The notes under the pieces are model-generated. The model ran no database searches and was not told the DNA's origin. It worked only from the letters and a program-made list of their open reading frames with translations. A program made the position numbers and the translations under genes. This document shows positions 1 to 8,555 of a stretch of 64,000 nt of DNA, piece by piece. How positions within the stretch are numbered: the stretch's first letter is position 1; each line of letters starts with the position of its first letter. Origin of the DNA: a phage; the sequence record PQ724392.1; one strand, given 5' to 3'.

Positions 1-23
1 TCCTTCAATTTCGTTTTCAATTG

Positions 24-497
24 TCATTTTAAACTCTTTCTAAGCTGCTTCTTAAATGAAGTCATTAATTGTGTTTTGGTGTCAGATTCATTATAAGTCA
101 TACCATTCAAAAGCATTTCCCGAATCATTTCTTCTTTCCCCAGACGACCGAACTCTTTGGCTTTGTCTGTTACAAAATTGGGGTGAATATTGTTTTCGGT
201 ATAATCAGATTTCAGATAGACAAGCAAACTCTCTAACCATTCCAGGTAGTCAACATCGCGACTTTTCAGACCCGAACGGCTGAACTTATGCTTCATTTGT
301 CCTTCTGTCCCATTGCACAGATTGCATAGTAACCCGCGAACCTTACCAGCTTTTGGCCCGTTCAATTCGTGGTCATGGTCAAGATGGTTGGCCTGAACAT
401 CGGAGTCCAAATCACGGTGGCAAATTGGACACTTACCAGCTTGTGCATCATAAAGTTTTTGTTTTTCTTCTTTGTATAATTTGCCAGTCAACAACAT
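24..497 (-). CDS. 49: Endonuclease VII (Holliday junction resolvase)
   Basis: 157 aa; near full-length match to remembered T4 gp49 (MLLTGKLYKEEKQK..., HLDHDHELNGPKAGKVRGLLCNLCN zinc site). Confidence 0.9.
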   Translation of the reverse strand: MLLTGKLYKEEKQKLYDAQAGKCPICHRDLDSDVQANHLDHDHELNGPKAGKVRGLLCNLCNGTEGQMKHKFSRSGLKSRDVDYLEWLESLLVYLKSDYTENNIHPNFVTDKAKEFGRLGKEEMIREMLLNGMTYNESDTKTQLMTSFKKQLRKSLK

Positions 498-532
498 AAT
501 AAACCCTTACCATTATTAGATAAGGGTATTTA

Positions 533-709
533 TTAAATCTTATAAAACGCGCGGTGTAACCGTTTAAATTGACGAATCATCTTTTTAGTAGGACGAGTAT
601 ACAATCCTACACAGGTAGCCATAAACTGGTCAGTTGGACTTCCTTTAATAAGAAGTTTCCAGACCTTGACACCATTTAACTTTTCGGTATAGACTAATGC
701 AGTTTTCAT
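533..709 (-). CDS. small hypothetical protein (58 aa), below ORF-track cutoff
   Basis: hand-translated open frame filling the gap; TAATG stop/start overlap with upstream ORF. Confidence 0.35.
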   Translation of the reverse strand: MKTALVYTEKLNGVKVWKLLIKGSPTDQFMATCVGLYTRPTKKMIRQFKRLHRAFYKI

Positions 710-981
710 TAAACAATCCTAAAACAAGGATAATGACATTCAACGTTACCATTATCAATTATCATATACTCAGTGATACAGGTCCATGACCCTTCAATTT
801 CTATGGTATCAAAAAGGTATTCATCTGTTTCAACAACGTCCCAAACATTACATTCAACATCAGGGTCAAAACGTTGTCTTAACGCCTGGATAACATCGCC
901 ATTTTTAAATCCTGCGTCTTGAAGCTCTTTCATAAATCCTGATTGAGCAGCCGCATGAATATTAACAATTTCTAAAAACAT
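709..981 (-). CDS. hypothetical protein
   Basis: 90-aa ORF in packed minus-strand early block. Confidence 0.55.
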   Translation of the reverse strand: MFLEIVNIHAAAQSGFMKELQDAGFKNGDVIQALRQRFDPDVECNVWDVVETDEYLFDTIEIEGSWTCITEYMIIDNGNVECHYPCFRIV

Positions 982-1154
982 TAAAAGGCCTCATCAGAAA
1001 AGCGGAGTTGAGCTTCAAGCCAATGGATATAATCCGCCGCGGCAAAAATTAAAGCAGATTCTTCATCAGGTAACTTACGGGAATCCGACAGTTCATAAAG
1101 TGATTTTTCAATCAGGCGGCCTTTATGACGGCCAATTTCAATTTTGGTACTCAT
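981..1154 (-). CDS. small hypothetical protein (57 aa)
   Basis: hand-translated open frame; TAATG overlap with upstream ORF. Confidence 0.35.
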   Translation of the reverse strand: MSTKIEIGRHKGRLIEKSLYELSDSRKLPDEESALIFAAADYIHWLEAQLRFSDEAF

Positions 1155-1271
1155 ATCCAAACTCCATATCGATTAAATCATTGTTTGAAGGTTCATTATA
1201 ATCTATTTCGGAATCGTTGTAAACAGGTTCCTCTGGCTCGACGGTTTCCCATCGAGCGGTGTACCATGGTT

Positions 1272-1592
1272 TTATAGCGTAATCCATTCTCTGATAGTTT
1301 GGGTTACGACACGTTCTTGGAGCTTGACCAGTTCAACAGTCGGGACCATATGGTCCCAGTCGGTATGATAAGAGCCGGTACGAGTTTCGTTTACAGCCAC
1401 ATGTACATTATGTTTTTTGCTGAAATAAATTGCCTGGCGATATTGGTATTTGCCAGATTGTGTCCATTCGCCTAATTCAACCGGAACCAGGTAGTCCGAA
1501 AATTCAAACTCGTATGATTCAGTAAACGCATCATGGTCTTCAATGATTTCGCTTAAAACAGCATCAACATCTAATTCATTTTCAATAGTCAT
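1272..1592 (-). CDS. hypothetical acidic protein
   Basis: 106-aa ORF; ATGA overlap with upstream gene. Confidence 0.55.
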   Translation of the reverse strand: MTIENELDVDAVLSEIIEDHDAFTESYEFEFSDYLVPVELGEWTQSGKYQYRQAIYFSKKHNVHVAVNETRTGSYHTDWDHMVPTVELVKLQERVVTQTIREWITL

Positions 1593-1897
1593 TGGTCACT
1601 CCAATAGCTTGATACTTCAAAATCAGGCTCGCCGTCGTCCCAGTACCAGGGACCCACCGGATGCCAATCGCCATGCTTATCTTCTTCATATTCTATAGAT
1701 TCAAGCCCAACGTATTGCCATTGGACTTCATAAGCAGTACCGCCGATTACAACAGTGTTCTCACCATACGGGTTAGCCACAGCAAAGTCAATACCTTCTT
1801 CCTTTGCCAGGGCGACCATGTATTCGTATAGTTTATATTCCAGGTCGTCTTCGTTGCCATCGCCCAGATAAATTGTTTGTCCGTCTAATTCACTCAT
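1589..1897 (-). CDS. hypothetical protein
   Basis: 102-aa ORF, Trp/acidic rich. Confidence 0.55.
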   Translation of the reverse strand: MSELDGQTIYLGDGNEDDLEYKLYEYMVALAKEEGIDFAVANPYGENTVVIGGTAYEVQWQYVGLESIEYEEDKHGDWHPVGPWYWDDGEPDFEVSSYWSDQ

Positions 1898-2070
1898 AAT
1901 TCCACCATAAATTCAAATAACTGGTCGCGTACACAAGTATCAGTCCAACCCCATTCGTTGGCTTCTTCTTTTAACCAATCCGGGAGATTTGCCAATACGG
2001 TTTCTTTACTAGGCGCAGGAGTATCAAACTCTCTTGCGCAGGTTTTATAGGCCATATCAAATTCGGTCAT
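1894..2070 (-). CDS. small hypothetical protein (58 aa)
   Basis: hand-translated open frame; ATGA overlap onto next gene. Confidence 0.35.
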   Translation of the reverse strand: MTEFDMAYKTCAREFDTPAPSKETVLANLPDWLKEEANEWGWTDTCVRDQLFEFMVEL

Positions 2071-2234
2071 TTAAAGTTCCAGAATGAAGCACCAACCAGA
2101 AATAAAGGCCAACAAATCATAGACGTCAGCCACCAGCAAAAGTCACCTGCACCGAAATCATCTAATTTAGCTAGGGTCTTAGCATAACCAATACCGATGA
2201 TAAGATACAAAATACCCAACAATAATTCAATCAT
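2067..2234 (-). CDS. small hydrophobic protein (55 aa), probable membrane peptide
   Basis: hand-translated; ATGA overlap with nrdC stop; one predicted TM stretch. Confidence 0.35.
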   Translation of the reverse strand: MIELLLGILYLIIGIGYAKTLAKLDDFGAGDFCWWLTSMICWPLFLVGASFWNFK

Positions 2235-2494
2235 TTAAAATATTCTCGCAGTTCAGTGAATCCGCCAATATGACTTCCGTCAGGAGCAAATACTTGCGGC
2301 ATGGTCAAACCAATTTGAGATTCGCGACCAAGTGCAGCCAGGAGTTGGGCAATCTTCTCATCATCAAACACACCTTTTTCTGGCATAACGTTGATGAACT
2401 CGTAAGGTTGTTTTTTAACATCCAAAAAACGTTTTGCATTATCGCAGAATACACAGCGATGAATAGATGAATCATAACCATATACTTTAAACAT
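2231..2494 (-). CDS. nrdC: Thioredoxin/glutaredoxin NrdC
   Basis: 87 aa; MFKVYGY...CVFCDNAK redox motif; close to remembered T4 NrdC. Confidence 0.85.
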   Translation of the reverse strand: MFKVYGYDSSIHRCVFCDNAKRFLDVKKQPYEFINVMPEKGVFDDEKIAQLLAALGRESQIGLTMPQVFAPDGSHIGGFTELREYFK

Positions 2495-2495
2495 A

Positions 2496-2738
2496 TTATT
2501 CCTTAATTCCTAATACTTGTTTGAAGGTCTCAGTATAATCGGGGTATTGACCGGTTTGTTCTTTATGTTTGACCATAATACCATAAACTTCTGAACGCAT
2601 ATTATTATATGAACGAGTTAAAGCAGATTTCAATACTGAATAACTATCCGGAAGTTTACCGTGTTCTTTATAATAGGCCAGAGTTAATTCACGGACCGCC
2701 TTATCAGCAGTCTCAAGATATTCTTTACGCTTTGCCAT
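2496..2738 (-). CDS. hypothetical protein
   Basis: 80-aa ORF. Confidence 0.5.
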   Translation of the reverse strand: MAKRKEYLETADKAVRELTLAYYKEHGKLPDSYSVLKSALTRSYNNMRSEVYGIMVKHKEQTGQYPDYTETFKQVLGIKE

Positions 2739-3036
2739 TATCTACAATCTCATTATAAGCTGTATAGGCCGCTATTGCAATACACTCTTCTAACGGTAAA
2801 TTTGTATTTGGTTGGTTTATTAAAGCCGAATTAGCCCGGATTTTAAAAACAGTAATGGCATAATCAATTGAAGATTGAATATTACGATGGATGGAATCTA
2901 TACTAACTGTTGCACCGCAATCTTCAACGTATTGGAGACATATTCGGGTCGTTAATTCCTGAAGTTCTTTAAACAAGCCTTTCATCTCATCAGTCTCAAT
3001 GATATTTTGACTTTTAAATGGGTTTAAATTATTCAT
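2725..3036 (-). CDS. hypothetical protein (start trimmed to internal ATG)
   Basis: internal ATG at 3036 avoids overlap with upstream gene. Confidence 0.45.
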   Translation of the reverse strand: MNNLNPFKSQNIIETDEMKGLFKELQELTTRICLQYVEDCGATVSIDSIHRNIQSSIDYAITVFKIRANSALINQPNTNLPLEECIAIAAYTAYNEIVDNGKA

Positions 3037-3316
3037 TTTCTTCTCGCTCAAATTTGTGTTTGCAATGTCTGCATTTATAACGAAGATTACTAGTCTGCCA
3101 ATGGACCAACTGGACCTGCTCAGTTCCACATTCTGGACAGTTTGGAACACGCTTAGAGGCGCGTTCACGGCGACGAACCATAGCCATTACCATATCCCAG
3201 TCAGTAACCTGGTTATAATCATCAGTCCAGTTTAAAAGACCTTTATTAACCCCCGCTGCGGGGGTCCATTCTGGAAATGCAGTTTCTGCAATATCTTCAG
3301 CTAAACGTTGTTTCAT
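3029..3316 (-). CDS. zinc-ribbon protein
   Basis: 95 aa; CPEC...CRHC Cys pairs. Confidence 0.5.
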   Translation of the reverse strand: MKQRLAEDIAETAFPEWTPAAGVNKGLLNWTDDYNQVTDWDMVMAMVRRRERASKRVPNCPECGTEQVQLVHWQTSNLRYKCRHCKHKFEREENE

Positions 3317-4302
3317 TTCAGCAGCTCCAGAGCTTGTTCCAGTTTATCCAGACGATTAGTTGATTCTTCCCAAAGTCGCTTGGCTTTGGTATAGTCTTCA
3401 GTTGCCTTTTTATTAACAGCAAGAGCTTTATTATACGCCATTTCCAGAGCAACAATTTCAGGCGCTTTTTGTTCCACTGGCTCATTATTCAGATTATCAA
3501 TCAGGTCTTCAAGGGTGGTTTCTTGCGGAGCATTCATAATTTCCTCACTTTTCTTTTTATAAATTTCTGCATCAGTTGGTTGTTTTGCGCATTTAACTTC
3601 ACGCAATGTCACCACAATTTTCCAACCTTTCCAACCATGAGCACTGGTGATAGGGTCTACTTTAATTTTTTCAACAGTGCGCATATAATTAAGGGCACAT
3701 TGCAGCTGTGAAGTAAGCGTGCTCGCGGCATCAAGATACTTTTTGACATTTTCTGGAGTAGCCACTGGCGTAAAGAATCCATACTTAACTGTAATAATTA
3801 CCTGGTTTTCACCAGACTCTTTAACCTTTATCATGTGCTCAGCCAAATGGGAGATAGTGCGATAATCGCTACCCATCAATTTTGTCGCTGATTTGATGAT
3901 AGACATTTTGTTATCTCTGAATTCACGAGCCCAGCAATTTGCGAATTCAGAAACAGTATAGCCTTGTTTATCAAGGTAGTATTTTTCAACATCACCAAAC
4001 CAATGATATCCAATTGTACCTTTACCATGTCTGGATTCAACGCCAAACTTATTAAGAAGGTCTTTATTAACTAGGTATGCCAGGACTCGGGAACCTTTAA
4101 AAGTTTTCTTGATATCATCTTTACCGGCACGGCTCGCAATAGTCGCAATGTCTTTCTTGAAGCGCCCGGATGCAACAATCGTCGAGTCAATCTGATTTAA
4201 CCAGTAATTGATAATTAAAAGGATAGCCGATTCACCTATTAATGGTTTTACTTTTGCATCGATAGTGGTGTTAAAGGCCTGGATATATTCGTTACGTGTC
4301 AT
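3313..4302 (-). CDS. hypothetical protein with C-terminal coiled coil
   Basis: 329-aa ORF; heptad-like C-terminus; promoter upstream. Confidence 0.6.
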   Translation of the reverse strand: MTRNEYIQAFNTTIDAKVKPLIGESAILLIINYWLNQIDSTIVASGRFKKDIATIASRAGKDDIKKTFKGSRVLAYLVNKDLLNKFGVESRHGKGTIGYHWFGDVEKYYLDKQGYTVSEFANCWAREFRDNKMSIIKSATKLMGSDYRTISHLAEHMIKVKESGENQVIITVKYGFFTPVATPENVKKYLDAASTLTSQLQCALNYMRTVEKIKVDPITSAHGWKGWKIVVTLREVKCAKQPTDAEIYKKKSEEIMNAPQETTLEDLIDNLNNEPVEQKAPEIVALEMAYNKALAVNKKATEDYTKAKRLWEESTNRLDKLEQALELLK

Positions 4303-4329
4303 AGTGTTCTCCTCATAAAGTAGGAATTC

Positions 4330-4359
4330 ATTATACTCCCTCCATCCTTGGAAGTAAAC
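4330..4359 (-). promoter_or_regulatory. sigma70-type early promoter (GTTTAC, 18 nt, TATAAT)
   Basis: read on minus strand just downstream of previous stop codon. Confidence 0.45.
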
Positions 4360-4360
4360 A

Positions 4361-5236
4361 TTATTTTAATGCTAAAATCGCCGCCTGCAATTTATTGCGT
4401 TGTGTTTCCATATTCTTGATGCGATTCAGAACATCCTGAATACCCTTTTTCTCATCTTCAATCAGACCGTTTAAGCGGTTGACTGATTCCTGGATAGCAT
4501 CAGCATGATAGCTCTCAATAGGCTTCATTGGTGGGTTAAAGATTTCAAGAGAGCTGTTTGGCTGGATTTTCCATTGATACATATTTTTAACTTCCAGTGG
4601 TGAAATTTTAGCCTGGTCGTAAGATTTAAACTGACCTGTAACTGCTGGGTTATATGCTGCAGTAGGGGTTTCCATTTCTGGTTCCTTTTTCTCTTGATAA
4701 GGAGCATAAGACAAAAGATATTCTTTAGTTAATTTAATATCAATGACTATAGTTTTAAGGAATTTTTCTGTTTGATGGATATAATTTGTATCTTCTTCAA
4801 ACGTGTATGCTTCAACGGCATGACGCATATAAAACAGAGCAATACCCATAACCTCTTTAAAGGTATCACAAAGAGCAACATCACCCTTAGTAGTTGGCTT
4901 GAACTTAATCTGCACGCCATCGTTCTTGATATTAATAATCAAGTTATCGGAGTTAAAATTATAGTTCTTGATGTTAACCGGAGCCTTGCGAATACGAAGC
5001 CCCGCAGCCAGGATTTCCTTAATGCTCTTACGAACTGTGGCACCAAACAAAAACGCAGGGCGGCGGCAGTAATCATTCAGAGAGTTAATTCTTACAATAC
5101 GTTGCCCATACCCCTGGGTGGCAGAACCTGATTTGATTTTACCAAAGTTAACCAGAGAATTCATCGCGATAAGACGGGTTGCACGACCTTCACGCTGTTC
5201 AAATCGAGAATATTCTTTACGTGTTTTAATTTTCAT
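4361..5236 (-). CDS. hypothetical protein with C-terminal coiled coil
   Basis: long ORF; start set to ATG at 5236 (alternatives 5260, TTG 5272). Confidence 0.55.
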   Translation of the reverse strand: MKIKTRKEYSRFEQREGRATRLIAMNSLVNFGKIKSGSATQGYGQRIVRINSLNDYCRRPAFLFGATVRKSIKEILAAGLRIRKAPVNIKNYNFNSDNLIINIKNDGVQIKFKPTTKGDVALCDTFKEVMGIALFYMRHAVEAYTFEEDTNYIHQTEKFLKTIVIDIKLTKEYLLSYAPYQEKKEPEMETPTAAYNPAVTGQFKSYDQAKISPLEVKNMYQWKIQPNSSLEIFNPPMKPIESYHADAIQESVNRLNGLIEDEKKGIQDVLNRIKNMETQRNKLQAAILALK

Positions 5237-5237
5237 A

Positions 5238-5453
5238 TCATAATCCAAATAATTTTTCATAGAGTTTAGCAAAAGGCCAGGTCACACACATTATAACAGC
5301 GACTACCCAGAATATAGGCCAGCAAAATGTTGTGAACGCCGCATCATACTCGTCCCCACTTTCGTAGGGACTATCAAACTTGTGGAGCAACAGGGTAGTA
5401 ATAAAACCTATCACAAGATAACCAAAAATAATGCTGATAATCAAAATAGTCAT
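5238..5453 (-). CDS. small membrane protein (2 TM)
   Basis: ATG at 5453 with AAGGA RBS; hydrophobic. Confidence 0.5.
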   Translation of the reverse strand: MTILIISIIFGYLVIGFITTLLLHKFDSPYESGDEYDAAFTTFCWPIFWVVAVIMCVTWPFAKLYEKLFGL

Positions 5454-5454
5454 A

Positions 5455-6300
5455 TTAATCCTTAAGCAATTCAATAACGTTCATCAGTTTCTGACGTTCG
5501 GCTTTCGCCGCGTTATTCAGTCCCGACAGACGGAAAATTTCATCATCTTGCTGCTGGATGGTGATGTTAAGCTCTTCAATCTGTTTAGTGAAAAGCTCAA
5601 TTTGCTCTGAATATTTTTCATTGCTTCGCACTGGAACAGGTTCCATTTTAGGAGCTTGTTCTGAAGGGCTGACTTCAAATTGGTCTTTAATTTGGCATAA
5701 TTTAATACGCTGGACGCCTCCAGTTTTAACATCATAAAAGGTAAGAATACCGTGACATTCCAGTACAGACAATGCCAAACGAAGATGGAATTTCCAATTA
5801 TCATATTGACATCCACTAAAAGAAGAAATACTGTATTCACCTTCTTTTTGACCTTTAATAACATTAAATAGTTTATAATCTAAAGAATTATTGGTTTTAA
5901 AGGTCATTTGTTTATCTTGACCGCTTGCTAAACGAGCGCCTAATGCCAATAAACGGCGCTGGTTTTTCCAAAGGTCTTTAACCACTTCATCAAACGTCAT
6001 GGTGTTAATCGCACGACCATAAAGGTCATAACCTTTATTATAATTTTTAAGTAAAATTTTGGCATTAGCACGAGACAACATACCTGAACGATGAAGAGAT
6101 TTCATGACTCGGTCTTCTAATGTAAGAAGACCAGTGGTCTTTTCAAAGATTTTAGTGAATTCAGCGGAATTAGTACAAACATTGAACTTATTCCACATCA
6201 TATATAGAACATTTAAAACCACATCTTTGGTGCTTGGTATACGACCAAATTTAACAACTTTTTTAACTTCAGAACGAATTTCATTAATTGCTTGCGACAT
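5455..6300 (-). CDS. hypothetical protein with C-terminal coiled coil
   Basis: 281-aa ORF. Confidence 0.6.
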   Translation of the reverse strand: MSQAINEIRSEVKKVVKFGRIPSTKDVVLNVLYMMWNKFNVCTNSAEFTKIFEKTTGLLTLEDRVMKSLHRSGMLSRANAKILLKNYNKGYDLYGRAINTMTFDEVVKDLWKNQRRLLALGARLASGQDKQMTFKTNNSLDYKLFNVIKGQKEGEYSISSFSGCQYDNWKFHLRLALSVLECHGILTFYDVKTGGVQRIKLCQIKDQFEVSPSEQAPKMEPVPVRSNEKYSEQIELFTKQIEELNITIQQQDDEIFRLSGLNNAAKAERQKLMNVIELLKD

Positions 6301-6363
6301 AATAATTTCCTCAATAGATTAATCAAAGGTCAGAACCATTATACCATCCTTGGTATAAAGCGT

Positions 6364-6888
6364 TTATGCGAGAACCGTCTTTAAACGCTCTTCAAACTTC
6401 TGAAGGAGTACCTGGCGCTCTGCTCTTTGTTTGGTATAGGTTTCAATACGCTCTGAAGTGAGATTGTATTGTTCATTAACTGATTCCCTCATGAATTCAG
6501 GAATCTCTTTACATGCTTTGATTTCATTGAACTTATCAAGCACCGCTTGTTGTTCAGCAATCAGACCATCATAATATTGGATATCTGATTTGATGTTTTG
6601 TACATCAGATTCAGTAGGCATATTTTTCTTTGCTCTTGTCGCCTGATACTCAGCATTAGTCTCTCTTGACCAGAACAAAGAGCGGTTTTTATTGGTGTTT
6701 TTATACACATCAACAATACCAACTGAATCAACAGTCACAATCCAGTTCCAGGCGTTTTTATAAGTTTGACCGCCTGATACTGTAATCTCACCCGCACAAG
6801 CAACATCATTAAAGAACTTGCTTTGTGCTTCTGATTTAAAATTACCATTATTGTAATTAATCAGATTAAAGATTGATTTCGCTTCCAT
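6364..6888 (-). CDS. hypothetical protein
   Basis: 174-aa ORF preceded by conserved leader cassette. Confidence 0.55.
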   Translation of the reverse strand: MEAKSIFNLINYNNGNFKSEAQSKFFNDVACAGEITVSGGQTYKNAWNWIVTVDSVGIVDVYKNTNKNRSLFWSRETNAEYQATRAKKNMPTESDVQNIKSDIQYYDGLIAEQQAVLDKFNEIKACKEIPEFMRESVNEQYNLTSERIETYTKQRAERQVLLQKFEERLKTVLA

Positions 6889-6924
6889 TTTATTCTCCAG
6901 TATTTGGTAACTCAGTATGGGAAC

Positions 6925-6953
6925 ATTATACGTCTATCCCCATACCATGTACA
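6925..6953 (-). promoter_or_regulatory. early promoter (TGTACA, 17 nt, TATAAT) in conserved leader cassette
   Basis: minus-strand reading; about 37-nt leader to ATG. Confidence 0.5.
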
Positions 6954-6956
6954 CAT

Positions 6957-7259
6957 TTAATTAAAAGTTCTTTCAGTATTTTCACCGCTGAACCAGACGC
7001 TCTTAACGGCTTGCTGGGCGCGGTAGAGCTGCTCCGCCATATAAACACCAAGGGCCTCAGCTTTACGCGTTCTGTGAGCTTCTGCGGCGACCATTTGCAG
7101 CTTATCCATCATGATAAGAGCTTTACATTTCTCCTTCAGAGCATATCGCTTCTTCTCTTCTGGAGTTTTGACCATTCCTCTTAACTTGTGCATTTTCAAC
7201 TTAAAATGGTCAGCAGATTTCAGACATGCATCAATCATGTCAATTTCATACTTTTTCAT
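6957..7259 (-). CDS. hypothetical protein
   Basis: 100-aa ORF. Confidence 0.5.
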   Translation of the reverse strand: MKKYEIDMIDACLKSADHFKLKMHKLRGMVKTPEEKKRYALKEKCKALIMMDKLQMVAAEAHRTRKAEALGVYMAEQLYRAQQAVKSVWFSGENTERTFN

Positions 7260-7265
7260 AATTCC

Positions 7266-7472
7266 TCACTTGCGACGACGTTTTGGTAATGGTTTAGGGA
7301 AGAACATTGCTTTACCTGCAGGGGTTAAAGTCACACGCAAAGCATTACCAATACCAAGGGATGCTTTAACCAGACCTTTGGCTTTTAACTCACCAAATGC
7401 TTGACGTTGTTCAGGGTCACGAGTGTTAACCATCAGACCTTTTTCACCAGCAGCTTTGATTAATTCTAACAT
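7266..7472 (-). CDS. small basic hypothetical protein
   Basis: 68 aa, Lys/Arg-rich C-terminus. Confidence 0.5.
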   Translation of the reverse strand: MLELIKAAGEKGLMVNTRDPEQRQAFGELKAKGLVKASLGIGNALRVTLTPAGKAMFFPKPLPKRRRK

Positions 7473-7513
7473 TTTATTCTCCGTTTGTTTATTTGGTAAC
7501 TCAGTATGGAATC

Positions 7514-7542
7514 ATTATGCCTCATGACCATCTGGTTGTACA
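7514..7542 (-). promoter_or_regulatory. early promoter (TGTACA, 17 nt, CATAAT) in conserved leader cassette
   Basis: same architecture as cassette at 6925. Confidence 0.5.
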
Positions 7543-7589
7543 CATATACTAAATAAAAATACTTAATAAAACCATAAAGGAGAAAGTTT

Positions 7590-8336
7590 ATGATTTTATC
7601 CGGAAGAACTGTTGATGAACTCAATGAAAAAGTCCAGGCTGCCTTGGCTAATAATTGGTATTTGTTTGGTTCTACTATGGTGTTGCCGAATACTCCTACG
7701 GATAGCAAAGAGCGTTTTTTCCAAACTATGTCCAGCTCGGAAACTCAGATACCGGGCCCGCCTGGTCCAAAAGGAGACCCGGGTGTACCAGGACCAAAAG
7801 GAGACCCAGGCGGGGATGGAAAGTCTTCTTATCAGATATGGCTTGACTTGGGAAATACAGGAACTGTTGATGATTTTTTAACTGATACAGCAGGAAAGAG
7901 GGAAAAATCCGAGGTGTTTTGGAGTGGTATAAACGTTCTATTAACTAATGGTGTGACTTCAAACATAATTAGTATTTTAAAGGGGATTCCGCCGACTGCA
8001 GGGACTCTATCTCCGTTTTTTAGAACCACTGATGATAAGTTGTGGCCATATAACCAAGACAGAAGCCTAATGTTTAAACTCAACCTTATTGGTAATTTTA
8101 CAGGAGCCTCGCAAGCTCGAAGTATAACATTAAATTTCGTTGGAACCAACGGAAACACTTATATACAGAATCGTCCGGAAAATGCTACAGATATTTTGTC
8201 TTTTACAACGTTCTTTAGCATTGATAAAGATGGGGCAATGGCAACCAATGGTACAGCTATAACTGTTATGCCAAATGGCGGCAACTTTACAATAACCTCT
8301 GCATTGTTAGTAGCCGAACAAACAGTGACTTCATAA
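7590..8336 (+). CDS. collagen-like repeat protein with beta-rich C-terminal domain
   Basis: 248 aa; AAAGGAG RBS; GPPGPKGDPGVPGPKGDPGGDG Gly-X-Y run; only plus-strand gene in the early block. Confidence 0.7.
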   Translation: MILSGRTVDELNEKVQAALANNWYLFGSTMVLPNTPTDSKERFFQTMSSSETQIPGPPGPKGDPGVPGPKGDPGGDGKSSYQIWLDLGNTGTVDDFLTDTAGKREKSEVFWSGINVLLTNGVTSNIISILKGIPPTAGTLSPFFRTTDDKLWPYNQDRSLMFKLNLIGNFTGASQARSITLNFVGTNGNTYIQNRPENATDILSFTTFFSIDKDGAMATNGTAITVMPNGGNFTITSALLVAEQTVTS

Positions 8337-8360
8337 ACAAAAAAAGGGCCAGATGGCCCT
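8337..8360. terminator. bidirectional hairpin terminator between convergent genes
   Basis: GGGCC..GGCCC stem flanked by A-run and T-rich tail. Confidence 0.5.
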
Positions 8361-8548
8361 TAGATTGCACTCCAAAAATTATGGAATCTTATAGTATTGA
8401 TAGCCCAGTTAACAAACCTGCGAGTTTGCTTGGGAGTTGGTTTGCATGTGTACTTGATATTGACCCGACGACCAGTTTCCCGACAGACTGCTTCGAGATA
8501 CCAGCGTCGACCTTTATTAGGTCTTCCGTATGATAAGAAGACCTTCAT
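8360..8548 (-). CDS. small basic hypothetical protein
   Basis: internal ATG at 8548 chosen to avoid overlap. Confidence 0.4.
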   Translation of the reverse strand: MKVFLSYGRPNKGRRWYLEAVCRETGRRVNIKYTCKPTPKQTRRFVNWAINTIRFHNFWSAI

Positions 8549-8555
8549 TTCTTCA

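Noticed and set aside
7612-7881. 89-aa plus-strand ORF overlapping the collagen-like gene in another frame
   Set aside because: Alternative frame inside a gene with a clear RBS and repeat structure; no independent support.
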